Source: the human T2T-CHM13v2.0 reference genome, Homo sapiens
Direction: 5' to 3' (one strand)
Assembly: GCF_009914755.1 (NCBI RefSeq)
Contig: NC_060926.1
DNA length: 64,000 nt
The notes under the pieces were generated by a model, which worked only from the letters and a program-made list of their open reading frames with translations, was not told the origin of the DNA and ran no database searches. Made by a program: the position numbers and the translations under genes. Positions 31,558 through 44,750 of the stretch are shown here, piece after piece. The stretch's first letter is position 1, and every line of letters starts with the position of its first letter.

Positions 31558-32091
31558 CCTAATTGTCACCCTTCACGCTCATATTTCTCTTCTGTGCCTT
31601 AAGCTCTAGTTCACTTAAAAAGTAGCTCTTCATGGAGAATAGATATACAAGATATAATAAAAAAAAAATACTTGACCTCTAGGGGCTACATAACACTTAT
31701 GAGATGGGTATAGAGAAAACTGTATTATAAGCATTAAGGTGAAAAAGATTAAAAGTATATTCTGACTGGTCCCCAAAACAATTCTCAACTAGGTTTTTTT
31801 CTCAGGTGCATGTAACTATTTTTCCACAGTACAGTAGATCCATACCACAAGAAGATAGTCATGAGTCATCATTCAATATAATAATAACAATAACTGCATA
31901 TTTCTTATTCTGCAGCAAAATCATTGACATAAATATTCTATAATCCAAATCTCTTTGTAAATATATGGTATTGGTACTGAAAGATAAAATGCTTAAAACA
32001 CTGGTGTAAATTAAAAACATGTCTTGATTTCCTTCTCAAGTGTTGTTAAACACTATAGGTTTACATTCATATTACGTGTAGTTCTCTATGC

Positions 32092-33192
32092 CAATGGTCT
32101 CCAAGATGGGTGAGTGTGCACTCCTATGTACAAAAAGACCTACTGGGTTAAAAAAACAAAATGTTAAAAGTTCTATTCATTGTTTTATTTTAAAAATAAG
32201 AAGAAATGAAACTAAGCTTTGCTAATAGGTAACATGTAGACTGACACTGCCCTTACTTAGTGGGTATTCTCCAGTCCTGTTACATGGACAGGATGGAGGA
32301 ATCATGAAGGAAAAACTGAAGCTGCAACAGAAGAGGATGACAGTGAAGCTCTGTGATACGGTTTGGGTGTGTACCAACCAAATCTCATCTTGAATTGTAA
32401 CTCCCATAATTCCCACGTGTTGTGGGAGGGACCTGGTGGGACCTAACAGAATCATGGGGTGGGTCTTTCCTGTGCTGTTCTCATGATGGTGAATAAGTCT
32501 CAAGAGATCTGATGGTTTTCTAAAGGGGAGTTCCCTTGCACACTCGCTTTGCCTGCCACCAAGAAAGACGTGACTTTGCTCCTCCTTTGCCTTCCACCAT
32601 GATTGTGAGGTCTCTCCAGCCATGTGGAACTGTGAATCAATTAAACCTCTTTCCTTTATAAATTACCCAGTCTTGAATATGTCTTTATTAGCAGCGTGAG
32701 AACAGACAAATACACTCTGCCTTACTCTCACTTGTAACGTTTGCCCTCAGCATATCACAACTTGCTGCAGTTTCCATGGATGGGCCTGCTTAAGGAGTTG
32801 ATAGATTTATGATCCAGTTTTAATTAAACTTAACCTCACAAAAAGCATAAAATTGGCTTTAAAAAAGGTTCTTCAGAACTATTGAGGAAAACATGAATTT
32901 TTCCTCAAAAACAGCACAAGAATGGCTAAGCTGGTTCTCCTAATAGTGCAAGTTCTTCATGGACATTATGCAGTAGACACTGTGATGATCCAATCCAATC
33001 AGACAAGAAGTTGACAGAAATTCAAAAATATATGGATTTATGTCCAATATCATTAATGATAAACCTTGATTCAGCAAGGTTTTGTGCTTGAAATATTATC
33101 TAATAATAGCAATGCATTTATGTAATTTATAAACAAATACAGTATTTGTTCTCAACAATGGGGTGTGCAATTTAAACTTTGGAGATCAAGTG
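32092..33192. mobile_element. hAT-Charlie-type DNA transposon fossil (MER113/Charlie15-like), split by a THE1 LTR
   Basis: Left end CAATGGTCTCCAAGATGGGTGAGTGTGCAC; right end GGGGTGTGCAAT...CTTTGGAGATCAAGTG, a degenerate inverted terminus. Confidence 0.55.
32354..32714 (+). mobile_element. THE1 (B/C-like) MaLR solo LTR
   Basis: TGATACGGTTTGG...CAAATCTCATCTTGAATTGTAACTCCC...ATTAAACCTCTTTCCTTTATAAATTACCCAG...AATACA; perfect TSD CTCTG (32349-32353 / 32715-32719). Confidence 0.95.
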
Positions 33193-35687
33193 GGACACTT
33201 GCCAAATGCTTTAGACTAAGTAAAACATTTTACTAATGTCACATAATAAAATGTATTTTTTCTACATTCCCTAAACTAATGGCATATACCAATATGTGCT
33301 TAGATTAGTCAATTCTGTTATAGTGAAGAATATAATTCAAATTCAGTGAGCCAAATTTTACACTAATTTGAACATTGAAAATTTGAAATTATACATTAAT
33401 ATACTTTATGAAGAAAATTTTAGATAATTCCCTCCACAAAAAATAAAATCAAGAATCTTATAATTTCAAGGCTGGAAAACTGAAGTTGCCACTATAGTTA
33501 GATAAATGTGCTCTTATTAGTTTCCAATGTGCTATATTTGTGTTTACAGACAAAGGATTTCTCTGAGTAATTGTGGTGACTATTGGGCTATTTTGATACT
33601 AACAGCTATTGAAGTCAAAATTAACTTTTACAACTGTAACAATGTCAACCAAAATTCATCAAGTAATGATTCTAATTATGGTTCTGAAATATTGTGCCTG
33701 ACAATAACATCATCATGAAATGCTTTAAGAAAGCAAAATGATACCATGACACATTGTATTGTTACTTTAGGCCACACCTTTTGAAATATTAAAGTTAGTG
33801 TGGAGAAAATAAAATGTGGCATTAAGGTAAGGTATAGTATAAGGATTATATATTTGGATATTTTGAAAATGTGTTATTTTCATTTATCCTCTGATACATT
33901 TCATATATTATTTTATTATTTAATTTTAAATTTATCTCCATGTTTTTATTCCACCAATTAAGGAACAATTAGAATATTTAATATGAGGCCTTCAAAAATA
34001 TTTTCCTTAAATGAAATATGGCTTCCCTGGAATTCTCAAATGTCTACAATACATTCACATATGATTTTAAAGCAGAATTACCAATTGTATTTGACTTGAT
34101 TGGAATTAAAATTTGTTAGCACCTGCTAGGTATTCATCAGTTGCACAGTGGGAACTTGTAGCCTAGTGAATCTAGACAAATATTTAAAAGTTGGTAATGG
34201 ATAATTCAGCAGTTAAAATTATATATGGACATTTTTGCCTGACAATTCATGTTTCAATAATTTTTTTTCAAATATGTCCCAGAATTACCACCCTCAAGGA
34301 AGCAAGTATTATTTACAATTCTGTCCCAAATTTCTAAACATATGTCTGTTTATTAAGTCAAAAGTGATGGCAAAACAGCAATTTACCAATTCCTAAATTA
34401 AGTTGCCGATTATAGATTACTCTTAAAGTTAGTAATTAAAACAAGGTGATTTGAATTTTTTTGAATATTGTTGCTTGCTGGACAAATAACAATATTTCTG
34501 AATTTCTGACATGTTGTACATATCACAAAAAGGAATAAGGCTGTTGGGTTTTTTTTTGGTAGTAATTTCTGGTAGGAAATAAAGGGGTTGATATTAGCAA
34601 ACATTTTTCCTTGTTAATACAATGTGTTTGAGATTTCAAATACGTTTCCACTTTTTTTTTCTGACATAAATCTGTAAACACACAAGGTAACAATTCATTC
34701 AAACTTGAGATAAATGTAGTCAATATCTTTTCTGGAAAATGTATTTTCAAGAAATAGATTATTTTTGTATGTGACTACAGGTAGTCTCAAATAACACATT
34801 TCAATGTACCTATATTGCAAACATAATGTGTACAACATAGAATATCTCCTATCTTTTTCAGTGCCACATTGTGATATTTAAAGTCAAAGGAACTGCCATT
34901 AAACCCTGCCTAAACATTTTATTTTGTTAAGTTATTCAGGAATAGTCTTTGAAATTAGAAATATCACCTCACCTCCCGCCACTGACACAAACACTGAGTT
35001 TATTTATATTCAAGATTTAATTCTCTATTTTGAATAATTTAAATTTAAAAGATATTTAAACCAAAGAAAATAAATTTGAATCCTTTCAACACAGGGGTCG
35101 TATCTGTCTTTTTAAATTATTACATTCCAAATGACTATAACAGTGCTTGGCCGGTAGTTGGCATGCTGTAACTATTTGTGGACTAAATAAACACATTATT
35201 CTTACAAACAAATCTGATAGCTACATGATCCTGGACAACTCCACTTCTTCTGGTCCACTCATCTTTAAAGTTATAAAACAGTTAAAATCATTCAATGGAA
35301 TAGTTGATGTTTATAATAGAGACTCATACAGGCAAAAGCACTAACAGCTATTGAAGTCAAAATTAACTTTTGACTAACATAAGTTCTATGTTAGTTTGAG
35401 ACATGAAAACCCTAATTAAAGAACATGGAGTAGATAACATTATTCTTATTATGTTGTTTTGAATATATGTTTTTAATGACTTGCCTCTACTGATATTTCC
35501 TTTTTGACTTTCACTATTTATCTTCTCCTAGAAATTGTAGATGTATCCTTAAATCAACTTTTAAAAAGTCAGCTTTCATATTGGGTGAAGACAAATAATG
35601 TTCCAAAAAAGCCAGTCTAAATAAGAAGATGCGTCCTAGAGCTTTGCTTTTTTAGCTGTCGGTACTAGCAGGCCAACACTCAGGCTG

Positions 35688-35730
35688 GTGCACATGTGCG
35701 TGCGTGTGCACACACACACACACACACACA
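35688..35730. repeat. Alternating purine-pyrimidine tract ending in (CA)n
   Basis: GTGCACATGTGCGTGCGTGTGCACACACACACACACACACACA. Confidence 0.85.
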
Positions 35731-36084
35731 GCATCAAACCAGGATAGTTTTGCATAATGGCTCTAGAAGTCATTGTATACCACAGACTGAGAAAGATTGG
35801 TATTTTAAAAGTCCTCTTGCCTTATATAACTTTGAAGAGAAAAATTTAAAAGATAGCTATTCTTCTAAACAAGTGATTGGATGGCAGCAAAGGAGATTTT
35901 AAAAATGTTTTTCTAGACATCCTTAAGCTAGTTTTATGTTTATCTTAGTTTCGTTCTGTGTTCCCTTTTAATGATATGTGAAGTCTTAACTAGCAAAAAA
36001 ATATTTTAATGAGCTTTCATTGTTTTAACTACCAAGAAAAGGCTATTTGCTCTGTATAAATATCATAAATGATCATGTCTACTC

Positions 36085-36340
36085 CATAATTAGTGTATAT
36101 CACTAGTACTTGATAAATGTATTACAAGTAAAAATCTAAGCAGGTTTGACAATATTTATAAGAAAACGTGACTTTCTTAATAATATTTACAGATGATGCC
36201 TTCATACACAAAGAAAATGAGTTTCAGAGGGGTCAAATGAATTGCCAACTTTTCACAGAGAGCAAGAGAGGTTGAAGTGGATTTTGAACTAGTTTATTAT
36301 TAATGCTGATGTTTTGTTTATTCTATCTACACTGCCTCAC
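36085..36340 (-). mobile_element. MIR fragment
   Basis: AAAGAAAATGAGTTTCAGAGGGGTCAAATGAATTGCCAAC...GGATTTTGAAC...CTACACTGCCTC. Confidence 0.55.
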
Positions 36341-36814
36341 ACATAGTGACAGACTTCGTCAAATAAAATCCCTGAAAATACACATCCCTGGCTATTTCAA
36401 GTTCTATGTTAGTGTGAGAAATGAAAACACTAATTTTTTGACTTACTAGATGAATGAACACATACGTAAAGTAATATTTATTAATCATTAATCACAATAG
36501 TTATTTTATCTAAATATCATACTAAGGGCAAAAACATTTTTAAAAGTAAGTTGATTTTTCCAAAAGGTGGTTGAAAAGTGTGATCCCTTATTAACACCTT
36601 CACATTTTATTTGGATAATAGCACTAGATATTTTTCACTTATCTTCATAACCATGTAGATATAGTGTTGTGCTCATTTAAAATAATGATAAATGAATAAA
36701 CTAATTTTCAGAATGATAAAGCAATTTGTCAAATATCTCAACTCTGATAAATATCTGACCCATGTCTCTTGATCAAAAGCTTTATTTCTCTCAGTTGAAT
36801 TTTTGATTGCTAAC

Positions 36815-36938
36815 CTAGTGGTCTGAGAACCTCTGAAATTGTATGTATAACTCTGTGTGGACTGTCGAGGGAGAAGCTTCATAACTTTCTACAACATCTC
36901 AACAGACTTGACAATTCAAAATTCTTAAGAACCACAGA
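36815..36938. mobile_element. MER103C-like hAT-Charlie fragment
   Basis: GAACCTCTGAAATTGTATG...GGGAGAAGCTTCATAACTTTC...TTAAGAACCACAG. Confidence 0.5.
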
Positions 36939-39829
36939 TGACACTTTTATAAACATTATATATAATAGATTTACATATTTTCAACTGTTGTTTGTTTAGT
37001 TTGGCTGCATTCACAATAATGGATGATACATGACTATAGTATTTCTTCAATATTCCAGAGTGACACTGAATTTTAAATACAATCTATTGAAATCTAACGA
37101 CTACATTAAGCACCATTTAACTGTGGATATTCAATGCCTGAGATTACTCAGTGATGGATAACCCACACATCTTTTATAGACTAATTTATTCTTAGTGTCC
37201 TCCAGCAAAGCCATCAGGCATTCTTGGGACAGCTGAAGGGCACTGCACTGAGAGAAAGAAGGGGTGGCATTCCATGGAAGTCATGATGGTGTTCTTCACC
37301 AATTCTTGTAGCATTGGGAGGCACTCTGCTCTGAATTGAAGGAAGCATGGTCAGTATTGTCCTCAAAGAGAGTGGGCTCTGTTTTTGTTTTCAGTCCATT
37401 CCCTCTTTATGAGTAACAGGTGGAAGGTTTCCCCAAAGCTCCTGCAGCATGCCAGCTCCCGACTAACAGCTGGCATGAATACTGAGCAATTGTCCTCAAA
37501 TATACCAATACCCTAGACAAATCAAATCAGAAACCACGCTCCATCACTATCCCCACCACCAAGAAAAGTGCCACATCAGAATTGGTAAAAGCTGTTCCCT
37601 GGGTTATTTAAGTAGGTAGCCAAGGTTAAGAACTTCTTTGTTCAGTAAAGCCATCCTAGGCAGGCAAAATCTCATGAGACGATATTAACACCTATAGAGG
37701 ACTGGCTGAGTATTATTCCCAGATAGGAATGTTAAAAGTCTTTGTTTCTTCATTGCTGTTTTTGGTACCAGCAGCCAGCTAACACAGTTAGCAGTGGCTT
37801 CAGACCTCTCAGGGGATCTACAAATCTCTCACTAGCTCACCAGATTGCCTTGATCACAGGTTGCTGGGCTTGTGTGGACCATGATTACAAATTTAAGAAA
37901 CATGTATTTTTAGCCCTTTGTGAATGGGAACCTCAATCTGACTTTAGTACATCCAACTTTTGTAATGGTTTTAGAAACAATTTTCTGGGAAAAAAAGAAG
38001 ACTCTGTATTTTATGTTTGGCTATTTGTTTAAAAGTTGAATGTTGTGCAAAACGTACTCATCTATTACAACTTGTTCAATCTTATCTACTTTTTGTCAGA
38101 GTGACATAAGCCTCTCCTCCTACAAGGTACAATAGCTATGCTAATTTGCTAGCCCTTTTGTTGTCTGGTTATCAAAAGCCATGAGTGACACTTAGGATTT
38201 GAGAGCATGCAAATTATTTCTTAATCTTTATGTATTCCCTGAATTGTCAATTACACTTAAGAAACGAAAAGAAAGAGAAAGCACTATTTCCAACAAATAA
38301 GCATAACTGACAATTTTTTTCAACTACAATACTGTTAATTGTTGTTTTTTTTTTTTTTCATTTATAGTGAATATCATTCATGTTGTCCACTCTAGGAAAA
38401 AAAAATCATCCCTAGGGCATTTCCCTCTAGCAATTCTAGTTTTAGCCATATCACTCACTGTAACAGATGAGATTAATGCAGCTTTTCAACCATCTTTAGG
38501 AAGAATATTCAGATGCTTTAGCAGCTGCCCAGCTTCTTAAGAACTCACTAATCCTTTAATCTCCAGACACTTTTTTTCATAAAAGATTCACAAGCAAAAC
38601 AAATGCAATATGGATCAAAAAATTTAATCAGAATGCTTAAAATGCAATTACATTCATCAGGGTGTTCTGTTAGGCTGGGTATTAAATCTGGGCTTTATTC
38701 AATATCCTCCTTTTATTATAAAGCAATATTTTTCCACTCTGTAAACCATCTGATCCCTAGGCTAATGTCCTCTCAGCTTAAATATTAAAAAGAGAGCGCT
38801 ATGAAAAATGAGCTGGAGAAATATTCCTCTTATTTCAGTGGAAAAAGTTCAAACCAGTCTCTTCCTGAAATCTTGTTTTATAAATGACCAGATAATTTGA
38901 CCACCTGGAATTCTAAAGTTACACTTTCAAACAGTGGCTGCAGGATCATTATCCTACTTTAAATGTCAAATGTATATCCTCCTACACACCTCCTCAATTG
39001 AGTAAAAAATGTCAACAATTTGAACTTGAAAATAATAGTCTATTTTTCCCTAATTCGGCATTTGCAAAGTCTGAAGGCAATGCTGATTTCTTCATGCAAG
39101 CACAGAACCCTGAAAAGTTTAAAAAAATCCATCTTAGTTATATTTCTCCAGTTCCCTATTTCACATCTAATAGCATTCAACTGTAACAATAGCTTTGAAA
39201 TAAAGAGCTGTCCAGCACAGCATGATTTGAAACAGTTGAGTGCTTCTTTTAAGTCTATACCCTAGCTATAACATGGTGGTTGGAGTTTTGTAAGACATAT
39301 GGAAGTTAAGTGAAGCAGTGGAGGAAGTTCAAGGATTTCCTCTGACAAATGCCATCCTCAGAGTAAGAGAAACTTGGTCCATAAATGCAGACACACTAAC
39401 ATCTTGAGCTGTGCTTAACATTTAATGGATTCTTTGTAAAATTAGTAAGTGGCCCAATTATGCAGGGAGTCAGTTTTCCCTGTTTCCTCCTAAAATGAGT
39501 TTGTGCAAATAAAAAATAATTAAATTTCACTTTTCAATTCCAATGTTTCCACATTAGATGAAAACAGAAACAATTGAGCAGTGAATTATCATAGTCCTAT
39601 ATTCAGTCAACAAGCAGTTACAATAACCAACAAGTAGTTACTACAATAATGTTAAAATCTATCATACATAATTAATTCATTTGCCACTCATTATGCTGCC
39701 AACTGAGCCCACATGAAGTTACAATAAGGATTTGCAAGAAGATTTAAGGTTTCAAATGGCCCAATGCACAACTGACTGTAAGTTATCTATAAAGGCTAGA
39801 CAATGGCCACAGGCAAAGATACTATACAG

Positions 39830-40044
39830 CAAGCTTGTCCAACCTGCAGTCCACAGGCCACATGTGGCCCAGAACAGCTTTGAATGTGGCCCAAAACAAA
39901 TTTGTAAACTTTCTTAAAACATTATGATTTTTTTTTTGCAATTTTTTTGGCTCGTCAGCTATGGTTAGTGTTAGTGTATTTTATGTATGGCCCAAGATAA
40001 TTCTTCTAATGTGGCCCTGGGAAGCCAAAAGATTGTACACCCGG
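39830..40044. mobile_element. MER30 hAT-Charlie MITE
   Basis: CAAGCTTGTCCAACC...GCTTTGAATGTGGCCCAAAACAAATTTGTAAACTTTCTTAAAACATTATGA...GGGAAGCCAAAAGATTGTACACCC. Confidence 0.9.
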
Positions 40045-40074
40045 CTACAGCCATCACTTCTATTACCAGTAGTG

Positions 40075-40372
40075 CAATTATTGAGGCTTTCCTTTGTGCC
40101 AGGTTTAATATGCACTAACTGATTAAATTTTCATAATAGCGTGATGCCATTGTGTGTATTATACAATTTCTCATCTAGGCCGTTTTTGTCTAACTTTGAT
40201 ATATGTGGTTATAGTAATTACTCTTGTTGCAGATAAGAAAACTAAGAAGTAGAAAAGTTATATACCTTGAGCAAGGCCATACTAAAAGTAAGAGAGACAG
40301 AGCGGGGCTTCAAACCCAGGCCGTCTGGCTTAAGACCCCATGTTCCTAATTCTCCAGACTAATTCTGCCTTC
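40075..40372 (-). mobile_element. MIR (MIRb-like) with an internal insertion
   Basis: ATTATTGAGG...TGTGCCAGG; GCAGATAAGAAAACTAAG...CAAGGCCATAC...TTCAAACCCAGGCCGTCTGGCT. Confidence 0.75.
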
Positions 40373-42624
40373 CAAATTCATTCTGTATCCTCTATTTAAT
40401 TTCCTATCTAGGCCTGTTTGTCCCAAGTTATTTTGAAGCATACAGTTTAAAATATTATCTACCTGATATTGGCTCAACAAGTAGAATATTTAGAAACACA
40501 GCCCCTAGCTAAAGTGGGTCCATTTCTGGGTATAAAGTTTGTACCACCTTGTGTCATCTGTGGGATAGGCCACATCCAGACACAGCATAGCCTGTATGAC
40601 ACAGAAAGAAATAAAAACAAAACAAAACAAAAAACTTGCAAGTAATATGGTGTGATAAGACTTCTTTATATGGAAATTGCAATTGAACCTGGAATCATGG
40701 CCTGTCTTCTAGTCTAGCCTAATGGAGTAAAATGACACAAGTCCATTGCTTTCTGGGCTTGTATGTTTCTCAGGTCTCTCAAGGCTGCACTGACCACCTG
40801 ACTTAGGGACTGCCTCTTTAGGAATTGGGAAGCAATATCTATTAATGTGTATCCTCATGTATAATTGTTCTGTTTATGGATAAACTGAAGGGAGAACAAT
40901 CTTGAACCTATTCAAAGATGTCAGTCTTATAATACTACAAAACCATATTGGTCTTTGTGGCCAATCCTGCCACAAAAAGTACTATGCAGGGAAGAATCCA
41001 ATAGACTAGAGATTAGGCACCTGGAAGTCACCCAACACAGTATAGCATATTCTTGGACCTCTTTCTAGAGATTTCAAATATGAGGGGTGGTGGAGTGTAA
41101 TGCATGAATAACAAATAGAATATATCAAAATAAAACAGTAGTTTATCAGCTGGTATGCAACTAGCAGATGCTCAGCTGAGCTTGACATTTGTCACTCCTT
41201 ATTCTTCATGGTACATAAATTTATTTCCAAAGTGATTGGTATGTCATTGAGCAAACTACATACAAAATGACTTTCTCAGCAGGTAATGGTTCAAATTTTA
41301 TGCAAAACCTAATGATTTTCACATTCAACTATTTTTTAAATCCCTGCTAATTCTTAGACTGTGGAAAACTATGAATGGTGTGTATGTAACCAATAAACCA
41401 ATAAGTACAGTGTTTTTTTCCTATGCAGAAATATGGAAGACATATTTTCCTGATAGATATCAACATGAAAAAGTATTATGACTAGATAGTTCTGCTTTAT
41501 AAATAGTATGCATATATTATTTATCACCCAATCTGAGATGATTTTGATAGTGGAAATATACATTAATAACTAATACTAGAAAAACAGATGGGAGTATTCT
41601 AAGAAAGCTTGTGCATGGTTACCATATTTATAAAGTACTACAGATTAATTTGTACTTTCATTGTATATGATTTGAAGTTTGAAATATAATTCCTACTTCT
41701 ATATTACAATTAATTAAAGCAATTTCAATGAAACAGTAGTACCCAATTATTATAGTAATAACACATAATTATTTTTTCTGTGCAATGTTTAATTATTAAA
41801 GTTGATATCTATCTTGAGCAAGATTCCTTTAAAATAGGTATATGGTGCTAACTCTTAGATTTCCAACTATGCCCAGATCCTTTATAGACATATTTAAATG
41901 TACTTCTTACTATTGTTTGAAGATGTAGAGAAGCCTACTCATTATTTTTCTTTCTTTTAAGGCAATATTTGGTTTTTCTTTTTACTATTAATGTGAAAAA
42001 TTACTAACATCTCATTTATAAAGATAAAACCATACATAGCCACTGAATGGCATTTTTATTAAGATCATCTTTCTATATTGGCATTCCAAAGAGTAGAACC
42101 AAAAGTATATCTTACTGCCCAGCAAAATGCAAATGAGGTGGAGAATAGCACATTTTATGCACAAATAGCATGTTTGGTTTTAATAATGACTATAGGATAA
42201 AACCACAAATTATTCAAATAAGGGTTTCTCCATGAATCTCAGCTTTTAATCTCTTGCTAGGCTGTTTAAAAATATATACAGAATTGACCAAACTGTTTTC
42301 AAGACGCTGCCTGCAATTATCACACTGATGCTTTTTAACATTTCTATCTTCCATCCAACCTTCTATGCTTCCATCGCTGTTTGCATAGAACCATATATTT
42401 ATTCACTGAAAGTTACCAGTTCTTAATTACATTTTGTTTCCATTTAAGCTATGGTAGTAAGCAGTGTATTGTAATATTAGCAATAATCCAGTGAGAATTC
42501 CCCAAAATGCAATGCTTTGTCTGGGTTGGTGCTTAAATTGTATTATATGTTGAGTTTAGTCTTTGAGTTCTTCCACTTTAAGTTACTGTTCTCTTATTCT
42601 CTAAGAAGCAGTATATATGCCTTT

Positions 42625-42727
42625 TATTCATATACATATTCATATACATATTCAACATATATGTAGTGTATATATATGTTGAATAATTTTTCAACTTGTG
42701 TTGAATATATATATGTATACATATATA
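42625..42727. repeat. TA-rich low-complexity tract with inverted repeats
   Basis: TTCATATACATA units plus TA runs. Confidence 0.7.
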
Positions 42728-44750
42728 GGGTTTACTCTCTCAAACAACATACAGTCAAGCAGAGAACAAAGGTAATTAGATATGATCTCAGATATTTAGA
42801 AGTATATTAAACAACAGGGTACAGCTTTCTACAGGCATTCAGAAGCCAGAACAGATGCCTAGTTGGGATAACTAGAGAAGATATTGATAAGTTAACAATT
42901 GACAGAGATGGTGGAAATATTCATTTCAGCTGGGGGAGCTGTCATGTATGATTAGAAGGAGCAAGGTGTTTGGAGAACAGCATTAATTCATATGGCTGGT
43001 AGGTATTTGACATGTAGGGTCAGAGTGGCAGATGAGGCTGTTAGGGGCCAGATCATGGCTTAGTCATCAAGAATTCAATATTATCTACAGACAGGTAAGA
43101 CAGCACTATCTAAAATTATTTTTCTTTTTATTAGAACTGAAAGATAATCTAAAACTAAGTAATAATATCAATTATATTAAGACACTGAAGAGTTTAGATT
43201 CTGATGTGTACACAATTATATGTATCAGGTTTAAGGCAGCACATTTGGACCTTGCAATTTGACTCAAAGTTGTTTTGACTCTGCTCTGCCTGATAGTCAA
43301 TACAACTGATAATCTGCAGCTGATCTTAAATTGTCTCAGATACTCATATTGAAAATAAATTATTACCTTTAGAACTAACCAGCCTGCAATAAAACTAACA
43401 ACAGATAAAGTAGTATACAACACTTTTTGTTTTGAATAAAAATTGAAAATGATGTACAAAATTTGACTGAACAAAATGGAACTCCATAGAAGAAACTGCA
43501 AAAGAAAATTCACAAGTGAAATAACCCATTACGTAATATGAACTAATGATTCAGTTCATGGTGTTAAGGTCTGCAAGAAATATAATTTATTTAATGAAAA
43601 TAAATTCAAAAGAAAAAATCAAAATGGAAAAATTATATGTCAAAAATAGGTCAAGAAATTAAATTGGCTTAATCCAATTCAATCCAGAAAATAATTTTAA
43701 AATATAACTAGGTCAAAATATCAGAAGCAAAGCATCTCTGGGTCAAAATGTTGTGGCCCAATTATCTTTAATACACTAGAGTTTCCCTCTTCGCTAAACT
43801 AAAAGCGCTGGCTTCTTGCTCATGTTTAGATAATGGGGATGTAGCACAAGTTCTAAAATATGGTAACAAACATATGTAAGTTGAAGAGCATATTTGCTGT
43901 AAAACATAACCTTGTGCATCATCAAAAAATAATCATTGTTATAAGGATCACGTGGTATATTTTGGGATAATATTTATATCCCATAAAATAGCCCTTGCCT
44001 TCAAAAGGTGTTTGATCCTATTGTGATAAGAGAATAGTGAAAAAGCAAATAAGAGATATATGCATTGAATTCTTAGAATACAGAAATTTCAAGACAAATT
44101 TCTTGAGAAGAGTTTCTCAAGAATTTTTTTAATCAAAAGCTAAAGAGATATGAGCAAAGGCTAAATATTCTACATTTTACTTTATTAAACAGTCTGAATA
44201 TCTACCTTGATGAGTGCTTTTATTAAGCCCAATAAGACCTTTACTGATATTTTCTTCTATAGAGACATCTTGTGAAATAGTCACAGAAAACAATAAAAAT
44301 ATTAACAAGCTTCAACATGAATTTATATCACTATTGTCATTATCTGTAACTTTCATTCAGTTTACAGTTCTTCTACTCTAGTCCAGGCTCTTATCATTCT
44401 ATGTCAGTCTCTTTTGGGCTTTGAATGCTTCCAATATCTTCAAATTTTAATTCATTTATTACTTGCAGATTAATCATCCAAAAACACTATTTTCCATACA
44501 TTGCCCCATGTTGAAGCCATGGAAAAGCTCTCTGACTTCAGTAAAATTAAAAATGAGGAAAACATTTAAATCTTTTTAAAAAAATGACTTGGGGCCAGTA
44601 TTAGTACATTTTAATATAGAAAAAGATGATTGATAGTATGCTGAATCGGCACTGACACTGGCCTTAAGCTAGAAAACACTACCCTATATAAAATCTTGGA
44701 CATCATTTTATTTGGGAGAAGGGTTTGGTAAGTATTATTTTAGTCTACTG

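Noticed and set aside
31355-31609. Glu/Arg/Lys-rich 84-aa ORF
   Set aside because: Translation of the polypurine microsatellite.
39020-39125. Minus-strand acceptor TTTTCAG followed by short open frames
   Set aside because: No downstream donor and no recognisable peptide.
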